Origin: Candidatus Micrarchaeia archaeon
GTDB taxonomy: Archaea > Micrarchaeota > Micrarchaeia > CABMEP01
Reading direction: 5' to 3'
DNA length: 64,000 nt
Assembly: GCA_038881595.1 (NCBI GenBank)
Contig: JAVZPM010000001.1
Coordinates: 160,001-224,000 of the forward strand
Under the pieces are notes generated by a model that did no database searches, was not told the origin of the DNA, and worked only from the letters and a program-made list of their open reading frames with translations. The translations under genes and the position numbers were made by a program. Of the stretch, positions 46,973 to 58,064 are shown in pieces (position 1 is the first letter of the stretch; the number at the start of each line of letters is the position of its first letter).

Positions 46973-49615
46973 TTAATCAATCTTAAATATTCTAACATAT
47001 TCATCTGGCTTGTTGGAGTAGCGGTTAGGATATACTTGTGTCATGCCTGGGATGTTGCCTTCAAAGAATCCCTTGTAGAATATTGAATCGTAAAATCTTC
47101 CTTTTCTGTCTGGGTTTGTTGAGCTGTATATTGCAATTGCCCTTATAAATCTTCCATCATCTGTGGTGCCTAATGAAACAATGTTTTCTATTCCTGCTTT
47201 TGTTTTGTTTTCATAATAAAACGGTAAGCTTCCATCTGCCATGCAATAATAATTAAATCCGAGCGCCTCGCCATGTGTTGAAAATACTTTTATTGCTCTT
47301 TGTCCTGTTTCAGTCTTCATATTGCAGTAACTTGCTGAAGCCTGGCTTGTTGGAATATATATGTATTCAGGAGCAGCTAATAAGTCACAAAGGCTTTCTC
47401 CTGGCTGCTTATTTACCGTTGTTTCATTATTATAGTTGCAGTAGTGATAAACCAATGCTCCCCATTTTCCTATCAAATCCTGATCAAGAAGCAGGTATTT
47501 GGCTTTATGTTCCTTCATATATTGAATTAATTTTTGTGTACTATTTCCAACTATCTTATCTGCTACTTCCTGATGCATGATGGTATATGAATGCGTATTT
47601 CCAGTAACAGATTTGCTTTGTCCTATTGTATTTATCCAATGTCCGTAATCCCACCAGGACATTACTCTGTCATCTGTTCCTTGGACATTGTCTCTTATCC
47701 ATAATATTGCATCCAGCCATGAATCAGGAATTCTGCTGCAATAAACTCTATAACTGTTTATTCTTGTATCTGTTAAGAACTGATTTATCATATCTTTAGA
47801 GTTTGATACTGAGTTTATGTCTCTTGCGATAACATTGCAAACATTTTCATAATATTTTGTATTGTCAACTACATCTACAAAACTTAATGACAAAGATCTT
47901 ATTATAGTATCAGAAAACATTAGAACTTGATAAATAGCTAGCAAAGCAATTATAATAAACAATGCATCTTTAACATATTTTGTCTTTATTTTTAATATCT
48001 CGCCAGCAAAGAATCCAAATAAAATAGGTGTAGCCAATCCCATAAATACAACATATTTTGCTTTAATTAATCCTGCTAGTGCAAAAGGAGCGGTTGCAAG
48101 TATTGCAATAATAATCAAACTTTCTTCAAAAATTTCAGGTTTGTTTAGTATTTTTTCTCCTAACTTTATAAGCAAAGTAACTAATGAGATTATGATTATG
48201 AAAGGTGTCAAGCTAATTGCAACATTTATTCCTAAAACACCTAAAGATCCAGAGAAATCGGAAGGAGCAGCAGTTTGTTCTGCGATTGTCTTCATTGTTA
48301 CATCTGGATTTGTTGCTACATATCCTATCATTCCCAATACAGAATTTATCATTGCATTTAATGGAGTCAAGATAAGAAGAACTAGACCGATTATAATAAG
48401 GGAAGATAAATAAAGAAGCTTATCAGCTTCATTCTTTGTAAATTTAAGCAATTCATTAAAAGCAAATAACAGGATGATGGGAAGTAAAGAAATTCCAACT
48501 GGAATCCATGGAAGATAATTCAGAGGAAGATAGTATGCGAGAAGTAGTAAAAATGTAAACACTGTAATTCCTGCTATTATTATTCCTAATTTCAATGTTT
48601 CTTTCATTTCTTCTGTCTTATTTCTTAAATATCCCATTAATCCAATATATCCTAACGTTCCTGCAAATATTAATGGAGTTATTAAAGAGGAATTAGAACC
48701 AAATGCGGTTATTCCTAATAGGAATCCAGTTGCAATTGCAATTTCCTTTGATTTGTATTTCAGTGTAAGTGCCAGCATCGATGCAAATGCAACAATTCCA
48801 AACATTCCGAAAGGAGTAAATTCAAATGATCCAGCACCTGTTTTCTGAAGAAATACAGGTGTGAATGCAAGAATGGCTGCAATAGCCAATGCCAACTTTT
48901 GATTATATTCTCTGCTTAACCACAAATAAGCAAAGAAAACAGTAAGCATTGCAATAATTGGAGGATATAATCCAGTTGTCATTGTGAAGAGCTCAAAATT
49001 AAATTGAGGGTGGTTGTTAAAGATCGTGAATAAATTATACCATCCTGCCTCCATGTATGGAATGAATGGAAAAGTTCTATGACTGTCAGGATTAGGATAC
49101 CATGCATAGTCATCAGTTGGTGGGATGCTGCCATGTTGAATTATGAATTGAGCAGCCATGTTATACCAATAAGGATCAAAGTCATAATAATAAGGAGTAA
49201 GGCTTTGAATTCTTATCCAAAAAGAAAGAAAGAGAATAATAAGAAGAAGAGCTGGATAAACATATCTTTTCTCTTTTTTCTCTGCTGAACCTGTTGTTTC
49301 TGTTTCTTCTTTTTCAGGAAGTATGCTTATATTCTCTTTATAGAGATAAGCAAAAGGAACAAGTGTAATTATTGCTAGATTGATAAGAGTGATAAGAGGT
49401 GAATATTGGATTCCTATTGTGAATTCTATTAAAGAAAGGAATGATGGAACAAACATTCCAAAAGGAATTCCAAGGAAGAACATTTCAAGATAAGAGAATT
49501 TTCTTGTTTTTTTGAAAAGTGCAAGAGAAATCAAATACCCCGGTATGATAATTGAGAGGAATATTGGCATAGATCTTAAAATCATTTCTGCAATTGTCAT
49601 GCTTATTGTTTCCAT
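46973..49615 (-). CDS. aglB: Oligosaccharyltransferase (STT3 family)
   Basis: DFDPYW, TIAE and WWDYG motifs; many TM helices. Confidence 0.93.
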   Translation of the reverse strand: METISMTIAEMILRSMPIFLSIIIPGYLISLALFKKTRKFSYLEMFFLGIPFGMFVPSFLSLIEFTIGIQYSPLITLINLAIITLVPFAYLYKENISILPEKEETETTGSAEKKEKRYVYPALLLIILFLSFWIRIQSLTPYYYDFDPYWYNMAAQFIIQHGSIPPTDDYAWYPNPDSHRTFPFIPYMEAGWYNLFTIFNNHPQFNFELFTMTTGLYPPIIAMLTVFFAYLWLSREYNQKLALAIAAILAFTPVFLQKTGAGSFEFTPFGMFGIVAFASMLALTLKYKSKEIAIATGFLLGITAFGSNSSLITPLIFAGTLGYIGLMGYLRNKTEEMKETLKLGIIIAGITVFTFLLLLAYYLPLNYLPWIPVGISLLPIILLFAFNELLKFTKNEADKLLYLSSLIIIGLVLLILTPLNAMINSVLGMIGYVATNPDVTMKTIAEQTAAPSDFSGSLGVLGINVAISLTPFIIIISLVTLLIKLGEKILNKPEIFEESLIIIAILATAPFALAGLIKAKYVVFMGLATPILFGFFAGEILKIKTKYVKDALFIIIALLAIYQVLMFSDTIIRSLSLSFVDVVDNTKYYENVCNVIARDINSVSNSKDMINQFLTDTRINSYRVYCSRIPDSWLDAILWIRDNVQGTDDRVMSWWDYGHWINTIGQSKSVTGNTHSYTIMHQEVADKIVGNSTQKLIQYMKEHKAKYLLLDQDLIGKWGALVYHYCNYNNETTVNKQPGESLCDLLAAPEYIYIPTSQASASYCNMKTETGQRAIKVFSTHGEALGFNYYCMADGSLPFYYENKTKAGIENIVSLGTTDDGRFIRAIAIYSSTNPDRKGRFYDSIFYKGFFEGNIPGMTQVYPNRYSNKPDEYVRIFKID

Positions 49616-49632
49616 GCATTCACCTTTTTATT

Positions 49633-50238
49633 TTAGAAAGCTAATGAAGCAATACTTGTATAGCTTAAGAGCATAAATATAGATATTAAAAATGCAGCAA
49701 TCCATATCTTGAAATCCCAGTTCATTACCTTTGCTCCATCCAATATAAAAATAGGAAGAAGATTAAATGTCGCAAGCAATGCATTTATCTGCATTCCTAT
49801 TACAGAAATAAGAAATACTGGTTCACTAAGTTTGAACTGGAATATTCCACTTAAGATTAAAATTGCTGCGAATATTAAATATAGTATCATATTCATTACA
49901 GGACCTGCAAGAGACACTATCCCATTCTCCACCCTTCCCATTCTTTTGAATATATAAACCGCTCCAGGAGCTGCAAATATGAATCCAAAAGGAGCAAGAA
50001 GAAACATGAAAAGAAGTCCCTGAGGCCACATTACAAACCTTGAAGGCGATCCAAATTTCTCTGCTGCATACTTATGTCCCATTTCATGCGTCATAAATCC
50101 TATTCCTACTGTAAAGCCAATTATCAGAAGCTTATATATAAATCCAGGTTGGAAAAATACTCCTATTCCCCAGACTGCTATTGTAAACGCAACCATTATT
50201 GCAAGCATCGAGATAATCATCTCTTCTATTTCATTCAT
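49633..50238 (-). CDS. Site-2 protease (peptidase M50)
   Basis: HEMGH, AGP..N and FNLLP...LDG motifs. Confidence 0.92.
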   Translation of the reverse strand: MNEIEEMIISMLAIMVAFTIAVWGIGVFFQPGFIYKLLIIGFTVGIGFMTHEMGHKYAAEKFGSPSRFVMWPQGLLFMFLLAPFGFIFAAPGAVYIFKRMGRVENGIVSLAGPVMNMILYLIFAAILILSGIFQFKLSEPVFLISVIGMQINALLATFNLLPIFILDGAKVMNWDFKIWIAAFLISIFMLLSYTSIASLAF

Positions 50239-50314
50239 CTAATCACTTTTTGCTTTTATTTAACGCTGTCAGCTTTTTATTTAATATTTTCAAATTTCAT
50301 TTATTTATTTCATT

Positions 50315-50713
50315 TTATTTTAATTTGGTTAATTGTATCTCTGCAGTGTGTTGTTCTAGAAGTTCAACCTCTGCATGAGAAAGAATTCCTTGGTATCTTA
50401 CAACCTTTCCTATTCCGAAAGAGCCATCCATAAGCTTTAATTCAATATATCCATTCAGTCTTCCATTGCTCATAGCAATTGCATTTGGGAATGTAAAGAA
50501 AAATGTTATAGGCTCTCCTCTTACAACAATCGGATCTCCTTTTCTTACTCCTCTTATATGCGGCCATGCAATTGCATACACTATCAATATTCCCCAGTTA
50601 AGTGCAAAGAGTTTAAGCAGATATCCTAAACTTGCCTCTGGAGTGAGTGCATATATGATTAAAGATAAGGCTGTCAATGCAAGAAGCAGTTTCCATAATG
50701 TATTTATCAGCAT
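50315..50713 (-). CDS. Small membrane protein, two TM plus a beta domain (possibly FlgA/SAF-like)
   Basis: Two TM helices then VRKGDPIVV...A.A...G.....I...G.GKV; GGTGA RBS. Confidence 0.65.
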   Translation of the reverse strand: MLINTLWKLLLALTALSLIIYALTPEASLGYLLKLFALNWGILIVYAIAWPHIRGVRKGDPIVVRGEPITFFFTFPNAIAMSNGRLNGYIELKLMDGSFGIGKVVRYQGILSHAEVELLEQHTAEIQLTKLK

Positions 50714-50731
50714 TTTTTTCACCTTTTCATA

Positions 50732-52882
<2,151 letters not shown>

Positions 52883-52977
52883 TATTACCACCACAACATG
52901 AATATTAACAAGAGAATAAGTTCTCCTAATTAATATTGTTTCTAATAATTTAAGAATTTTACCTATCTCACTTAAAG

Positions 52978-53050
52978 CGAGCCCGAGGGGATTCGAACCC
53001 CCAACCTCTTGGTCCGAAGCCAAGCGCTCTATCCGTTGAGCTACGGGCCC
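52978..53050 (-). tRNA. tRNA-Arg(TCG)
   Basis: GGGCCCG/CGGGCTC acceptor stem; CTTGG-CT-TCG-GA-CCAAG anticodon arm. Confidence 0.96.
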
Positions 53051-53416
53051 AATAATTACTTCTAGTTATTATCTGTTAATATTATTTATAAATATGCATG
53101 CAGTTGACATTCTAATTTTTAGTATTCTATTCTTAACTTTCTTGTAAATGGCATAGGTTTATTTATGAATGGAATATGAATAGAATTTTAGATCTGATTT
53201 ATATAAATCAATATATAGAAATTTTTCAAGAAGTTAGATGTTGAGAATATATTACAATGTAATGGAACTAAATATCAAAATTAAAACTGAAATTCTCGCT
53301 TATCCAATGCAAATCAATTTATTTAATATTTTGAAAGAAGTGGTCTATAAAATGGAAAAACAATAAGTTCAAATAAAAAGAATATTTTACTTGCAAATAT
53401 ATTTTTGTAAAAAAAG

Positions 53417-53523
53417 TAGCGGGGGATGGATTTGAACCATCGGTCTCTGGGTTATGAGCTTCGCCTTCTGCAAGCATTACACTTGCAAAATCCAGCGGGT
53501 ACTCCAGGCTACCCTACCCCGCT
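53417..53523 (-). tRNA. Initiator tRNA-Met(CAT) with a 32-nt intron at 30/31 (53460-53491)
   Basis: A1-U72 pair (AGCGGGG/CCCCGCT); GGG/CCC anticodon stem after splicing; BHB CGCU/GGCG with bulges GG^A and AA^G. Confidence 0.93.
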
Positions 53524-53603
53524 TCTCTCTAATAAATTAAAAAAGTTTATTATAATATATAGAATAAAAGAATTTAAATATCTTTTATTGTTTCATTAAT
53601 TTA

Positions 53604-54365
53604 ATGAATTTTTTAGTGAAAAATAAAAAGGGAGTGTTTTCATTTCTTTATCTTTTTGCTATATTTACATATCTTCTCTCAGTTCTTTCAATTTATCTTA
53701 TGATTTATGAAAGAACTTCCTATCTAGAGAATAAAATCTTCATTTTAGAAGAAAGAGCAGGAAGAGAGCTTGAGTTAAAACATGCAGTAAAAAGAGTAAT
53801 AATCTATTCAGAACAGATAAGAATAATGCAAGATTTTCTTAAATTTCTATTTCCAGAATATTTGCTTGTCTTTGATTCTTCTTATTCTTTATATGGTGTA
53901 AATAGACTTAATGATCTGACAAGCGGTGGAAACCATTCATATTATCATTGGAGAGATTATGCACTGAAGTTCTGGTGTGGATTTCCTTCAGAAAATGAAA
54001 TAGTTGATATGATAACAATAAAAGGAAGGAAACCAGAATATTTCGGTTCAAATCAGATCTATCAGAGATTAAATGTATTCAATGTAGATGATACAGTTAT
54101 TGTTGGAAATGAAGTAAAAAATATATGTAGCCTTTTCCTTTCAACTTCAATAAATCAATCCACTACAATAACAAAACCAAATAAAAAAATAATACAAGGA
54201 ATCTCAGAAAACATATTGGAAAATACGATATATGATCTAATCAATGTAAAATATGGAGTTATGGTTTATGACAGTAAAGAAAACATTTCATCTGCAATCA
54301 TAATTCCAGAGTCAACAGAAATAATTTGGGATGATTATTTAGGTTTGCAAAAAGTGATTAGATGA
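53604..54365 (+). CDS. Pilin-like protein (putative class III signal peptide)
   Basis: KKG/VFSF plus hydrophobic helix. Confidence 0.6.
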   Translation: MNFLVKNKKGVFSFLYLFAIFTYLLSVLSIYLMIYERTSYLENKIFILEERAGRELELKHAVKRVIIYSEQIRIMQDFLKFLFPEYLLVFDSSYSLYGVNRLNDLTSGGNHSYYHWRDYALKFWCGFPSENEIVDMITIKGRKPEYFGSNQIYQRLNVFNVDDTVIVGNEVKNICSLFLSTSINQSTTITKPNKKIIQGISENILENTIYDLINVKYGVMVYDSKENISSAIIIPESTEIIWDDYLGLQKVIR

Positions 54366-54700
54366 AAGGTCAATTATCATTGGAATTTATTTTCATAATG
54401 GCTGTCTATATTCTTTTCATATTTATTCTAGTTTCTTCTCTAGATTATTCTAAGTTCCTAGAGAAAGTAGAGTTGCAGGAATTTTCCCTTAAGATAAATT
54501 CTCTTAGACTAATAGAATCAGAAAGACTCATAAACAACCACTTTACAGATATGAAGATATTCATAGAAGGATGTTCGATATCAGAAGGAGATAGTAACAA
54601 GTCAGTAATCTGCAAGAAGGAAAATATGACTAAGATATCTAAAATACCTTTAACTCAAGCAGGAGTAGGTCTTCTTACACTTTATAAGCCATTATCTTAA
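54362..54700 (+). CDS. Pilin-like protein (class III signal peptide)
   Basis: KG/QLSLEF plus hydrophobic helix; ATGA overlap with the upstream gene. Confidence 0.75.
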   Translation: MKGQLSLEFIFIMAVYILFIFILVSSLDYSKFLEKVELQEFSLKINSLRLIESERLINNHFTDMKIFIEGCSISEGDSNKSVICKKENMTKISKIPLTQAGVGLLTLYKPLS

Positions 54701-54723
54701 TTTAATATATAGCGAGTGATTAG

Positions 54724-55206
54724 ATGATAGGAAGAATGAAAATGAAAAACTGTAGAAGAGGACTGTTCAGCGTAGATGCATCATTCGCAGTTATAATTAT
54801 TCTAACAATGTCATTAATATTTTATACGTTCATTCAGTCAATTTCCTCCTCTTTACATAATCTCGAGTCAAGGCAGAAAACTGTTTCATTAATAGTTTTT
54901 TCAAATGAGATTGTCAGAAAGGAAGGAGCATACAAATCAAACACAGAAACAATATCTAATCTTATTTCAATTTCAGATCTGGATTCTTTTGCAATCAAAT
55001 TAACTTCATTAAACAATAGTGAGTATGGATTTAGCTATATAGAATGGAAGCTATCTAGTAAAAATGGAAGTGTAGTGAGAAATTTCACTAAACAATTTCA
55101 TGCAGCAGATAACGATGAGATATTTTGTATTAATCGGCTTGTATTGATAAATGATTTTAATTGGCACAAATACGAAGAAGGAATACTTAGAGTTTGTATA
55201 AAATAA
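54724..55206 (+). CDS. Pilin-like protein (class III signal peptide)
   Basis: RRG/LFSVDA plus hydrophobic helix; C-terminal Cys pair. Confidence 0.68.
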   Translation: MIGRMKMKNCRRGLFSVDASFAVIIILTMSLIFYTFIQSISSSLHNLESRQKTVSLIVFSNEIVRKEGAYKSNTETISNLISISDLDSFAIKLTSLNNSEYGFSYIEWKLSSKNGSVVRNFTKQFHAADNDEIFCINRLVLINDFNWHKYEEGILRVCIK

Positions 55207-55249
55207 TTTAACAGAATATTGTTTAGACAAGAAAGATGTATGTGATGAT

Positions 55250-55675
55250 ATGTGGAAAAAGGGGGCAGTATTTACATTAGAGGCGTTGATTACGTTTACA
55301 TTATTCTTAATTTCAATTACATCTCTTTATCTGTTAATACAACAAAAACAAAATCCTATCCCATTATATGAAACAGTAATACTGAACGATGTCTATCAAG
55401 TTTTAGAGCTAAAATACCATACAGACTTATCTTCATTTGCAAGAACAGGACAGGTTTCAACTGAACTGAGAGATTATTTTAATTATGTAAAAGATTCTAC
55501 TGGTCAAATTATATTTTTAAAATTTGGAAATTTTTTCTATTCAAGCAATAATTCAGTCTCTTGCATTCCTTTAATTACTCAAAAAAGGCTTCTTGTTTAT
55601 TTTGATCTAGATATAGGAATAACAGATACAAAGGTAAACTATTTTCATGAATTAACAATAGGCTTATGCAGATAA
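55250..55675 (+). CDS. Pilin-like protein (class III signal peptide)
   Basis: KKG/AVFTLEA plus hydrophobic helix; C-terminal Cys pair. Confidence 0.7.
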   Translation: MWKKGAVFTLEALITFTLFLISITSLYLLIQQKQNPIPLYETVILNDVYQVLELKYHTDLSSFARTGQVSTELRDYFNYVKDSTGQIIFLKFGNFFYSSNNSVSCIPLITQKRLLVYFDLDIGITDTKVNYFHELTIGLCR

Positions 55676-55721
55676 AATTAGATTAAGATTTGAATGCACT
55701 AATTTGAATGCGCATCTAAAT

Positions 55722-55979
55722 TTATCTCTTTTTCTTCTGCCTTTTTTCATCAACGTTTTGCTTAGCCGTATTTTTCTTTTCCTGGAGAACAATTGTTGTT
55801 GCAAAACCGCTTGCAACCGCAGAAGCGCTTACTAAAGCAGTACTTACTTCAGGTGAAAACAAAGCGCCAAGAGTCAGCATGCCAAGTCCAGCAACAGTTC
55901 CTCCGATTAATCCTTCTAATATTACAGGAACTGATTCCTCTGGCTTAAGCTCTTTTGGAAATAATATCTCCTTTACCAT
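55722..55979 (-). CDS. Small membrane protein (Gly/Ala-rich hairpin, basic tail)
   Basis: Two hydrophobic segments; GTGA RBS-like site upstream. Confidence 0.6.
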   Translation of the reverse strand: MVKEILFPKELKPEESVPVILEGLIGGTVAGLGMLTLGALFSPEVSTALVSASAVASGFATTIVLQEKKNTAKQNVDEKRQKKKR

Positions 55980-56096
55980 AAATATCACATTTATATTATA
56001 TTATTTTAATACTTTCTATTTCTTTTATCTCATAACATCTTCATAATCTACTTCTTATATCAATTTTAATACTCATATTATGTCCATTTTATAGTG

Positions 56097-56603
56097 TTAT
56101 TTTATATCGTTATCTTTTCTAGGTATATAGAATCTTCCACTTATAAGATTGCATTTCCCTTCATAAAATAATTTTGCAGTTATGGCCGCAATCTTTGCAT
56201 CCTCTATGTGTCTTCTAAGCTTATTCTTTTCTCTCTGTATTCCAAGTATTTTTGCAGAGATAGATGGACAAACTTCTATAACAGTGAATGCATCCAACAT
56301 CTTATCTATTTCGATTCCTCTTTTCGCAAGCAGTTTCATGGAATCAAAGAATGGGAATATATTATACCCTTCTTTTCTAAGTGTTTTTTCTTCTTCCCTC
56401 ATGTTGTCGTCAATAGGAAAAGAAAGAGGTGCGTCTATTGCAATTACTCTTGGTTTTATTCTCAAAACAGATCTTATAATATCTTTATCAGAAAACATTA
56501 TAGCCTCTTCTATAACTCTTCCTTTAAGATCAATAAAAACTATTCCAGTTGGATTTTTTTCTTTAGCAGCCAAATCAATACCACAAAAGATAAGGTTTTT
56601 CAT
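56097..56603 (-). CDS. DUF429 family RNase H-fold predicted nuclease
   Basis: GIDLAA, IAIDAPLS, IEV.P and DA..AA motifs. Confidence 0.85.
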   Translation of the reverse strand: MKNLIFCGIDLAAKEKNPTGIVFIDLKGRVIEEAIMFSDKDIIRSVLRIKPRVIAIDAPLSFPIDDNMREEEKTLRKEGYNIFPFFDSMKLLAKRGIEIDKMLDAFTVIEVCPSISAKILGIQREKNKLRRHIEDAKIAAITAKLFYEGKCNLISGRFYIPRKDNDIK

Positions 56604-56710
56604 ATATTTTTTAAACAAACTTTATTTATATTCTTTATGATTAAGGTAGATGTCTAAAACCCTAAGCACGTATATTTTATATATTTTTTTCATTATATAT
56701 CTTAGAGTGT

Positions 56711-56846
56711 GCCAGAGTAGCTCAGTGGTAGAGCGCCAGTGAACTTGATTCATTATCTAGTTCGGCGACACTCATAAGTCAGATTTCTACTCAAGATCTT
56801 AGACTAAGAAATCTGGAGGTCGAGGGTTCAATCCCCTCCTCTGGCA
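56711..56846 (+). tRNA. Elongator tRNA-Met(CAT) with two introns (56740-56769 at 30/31; 56777-56810 at 37/38)
   Basis: GCCAGAG/CTCTGGC acceptor stem; spliced anticodon arm CCAGA-CT-CAT-AA-TCTGG; two BHB motifs. Met rather than Ile2 is inferred from the acceptor stem. Confidence 0.88.
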
Positions 56847-56878
56847 CTTAAGGAAATTATATTTATTTTATTTGTGAT

Positions 56879-58021
56879 GTGATGATAAGTGATCCGGTTT
56901 CTTTTGCATTATTTTTTTATCAAAATCCTATTCTAGATTTAATAAGTATTGCAATAGATAAGGCTGGAGTTGCATTCACAATAGGTTTGTTAGTTCTTAT
57001 TTACATTTTCATAAAATTTAATATTCTCAAAAGATTAGAAAAAAGCATCGGTATCGACGCAAGAAAAATTGAATACGATTTTTCTCTGTTAAAGAAAAGA
57101 TTATTCTTTACTTTCGTTGCACTCATTTTAACAATTGCTTCAGTTCAATTCATAAAATTAGTATATCCGCAAGATAGGCCTTGCACACAAGATCTTGGAA
57201 TAAACAAGATAGAATGTCCCAATTCCTCATCTTTTCCAAGTACTCACACTGCATCAGCAGCTGTTTTAGTACCGTTCTCTATCGGCACTTTTCTATTTGC
57301 ACCATCATTGTTGTTTTATTTAATCGTTGCTTTCTCAAGAGTATATTTAGGAGTACATTATCTGACAGATGTTCTTGTGGCCTCTGCATTCGGCTTCTCA
57401 TGGTATTTTTTATCTGAAATTCTTCTTGAAAAAAATACTGGAAAAAGAATAGCATCCAAAGCAAGCAATGTATTCAGAGGATTCCTTCACTTATTTTTTG
57501 GGCTTTTTATAATGTTTATCCTTACTTTAAGCAGTATCTATTCTCTTTATCCAATCCAAATATCACTTCTTGTACTTTTGTTTATCCTGTTATTTATTTT
57601 CTATCTTATAAATCGTACACTTTCGCAAAAGTCAGATATTTTGAATCAGATATTAGATTTTGTTAGCACAAGGGATAGATTTCACGGCGAAGGTGCTATA
57701 TGGTTTATCCTTGGAGCAATGCTTTTAATAGGATTTACACAGGACGTTGGAAAATCAATAGCAGGAGTGTATATTGTAACAATAGGAGATGTTGCCTCAG
57801 CAGCATTTTCATCTAAACCAGGAAAGAAATCATTGTTTAAGAATAAGAATTTAATTTCATATCTTTCTTTTGTTATAGCAAGCATTCCTTCTCTTTTAGT
57901 TCTTGGAATAGGGATATTTCCAATTATCCTTCTAGCAGCATTAATAGAGTCTTTGGATTTAAAGATTAATGACAATTTCATTCTTTTTGTTTTTCTTACT
58001 TTAAGTTTTATGTTTTTATAA
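56879..58021 (+). CDS. PAP2 phosphatase fused to a dolichol/phytol-kinase-like (CTP-transferase family) domain
   Basis: K......RP, SFPSTH and SRVYLGVHY.TDV (PAP2); then R..LH, GD..SA, K.K and ES....NDN (polyprenol kinase-like). Confidence 0.8.
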   Translation: MMISDPVSFALFFYQNPILDLISIAIDKAGVAFTIGLLVLIYIFIKFNILKRLEKSIGIDARKIEYDFSLLKKRLFFTFVALILTIASVQFIKLVYPQDRPCTQDLGINKIECPNSSSFPSTHTASAAVLVPFSIGTFLFAPSLLFYLIVAFSRVYLGVHYLTDVLVASAFGFSWYFLSEILLEKNTGKRIASKASNVFRGFLHLFFGLFIMFILTLSSIYSLYPIQISLLVLLFILLFIFYLINRTLSQKSDILNQILDFVSTRDRFHGEGAIWFILGAMLLIGFTQDVGKSIAGVYIVTIGDVASAAFSSKPGKKSLFKNKNLISYLSFVIASIPSLLVLGIGIFPIILLAALIESLDLKINDNFILFVFLTLSFMFL

Positions 58022-58064
58022 TTCTTATTTGTTTTGCATATTGAAAAATGATATAGAACTGTTG

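Noticed and set aside
52883..53023. N-terminal extension of the cdc48 ORF
   Set aside because: It runs through tRNA-Arg; the true start is more plausibly ATG 52882, behind a GGTGGT RBS.
53051..53416. AT-rich gap between tRNA-Arg and initiator tRNA-Met with a 34-codon ORF (53262-53366)
   Set aside because: No RBS, motif, repeat or structure I could support.
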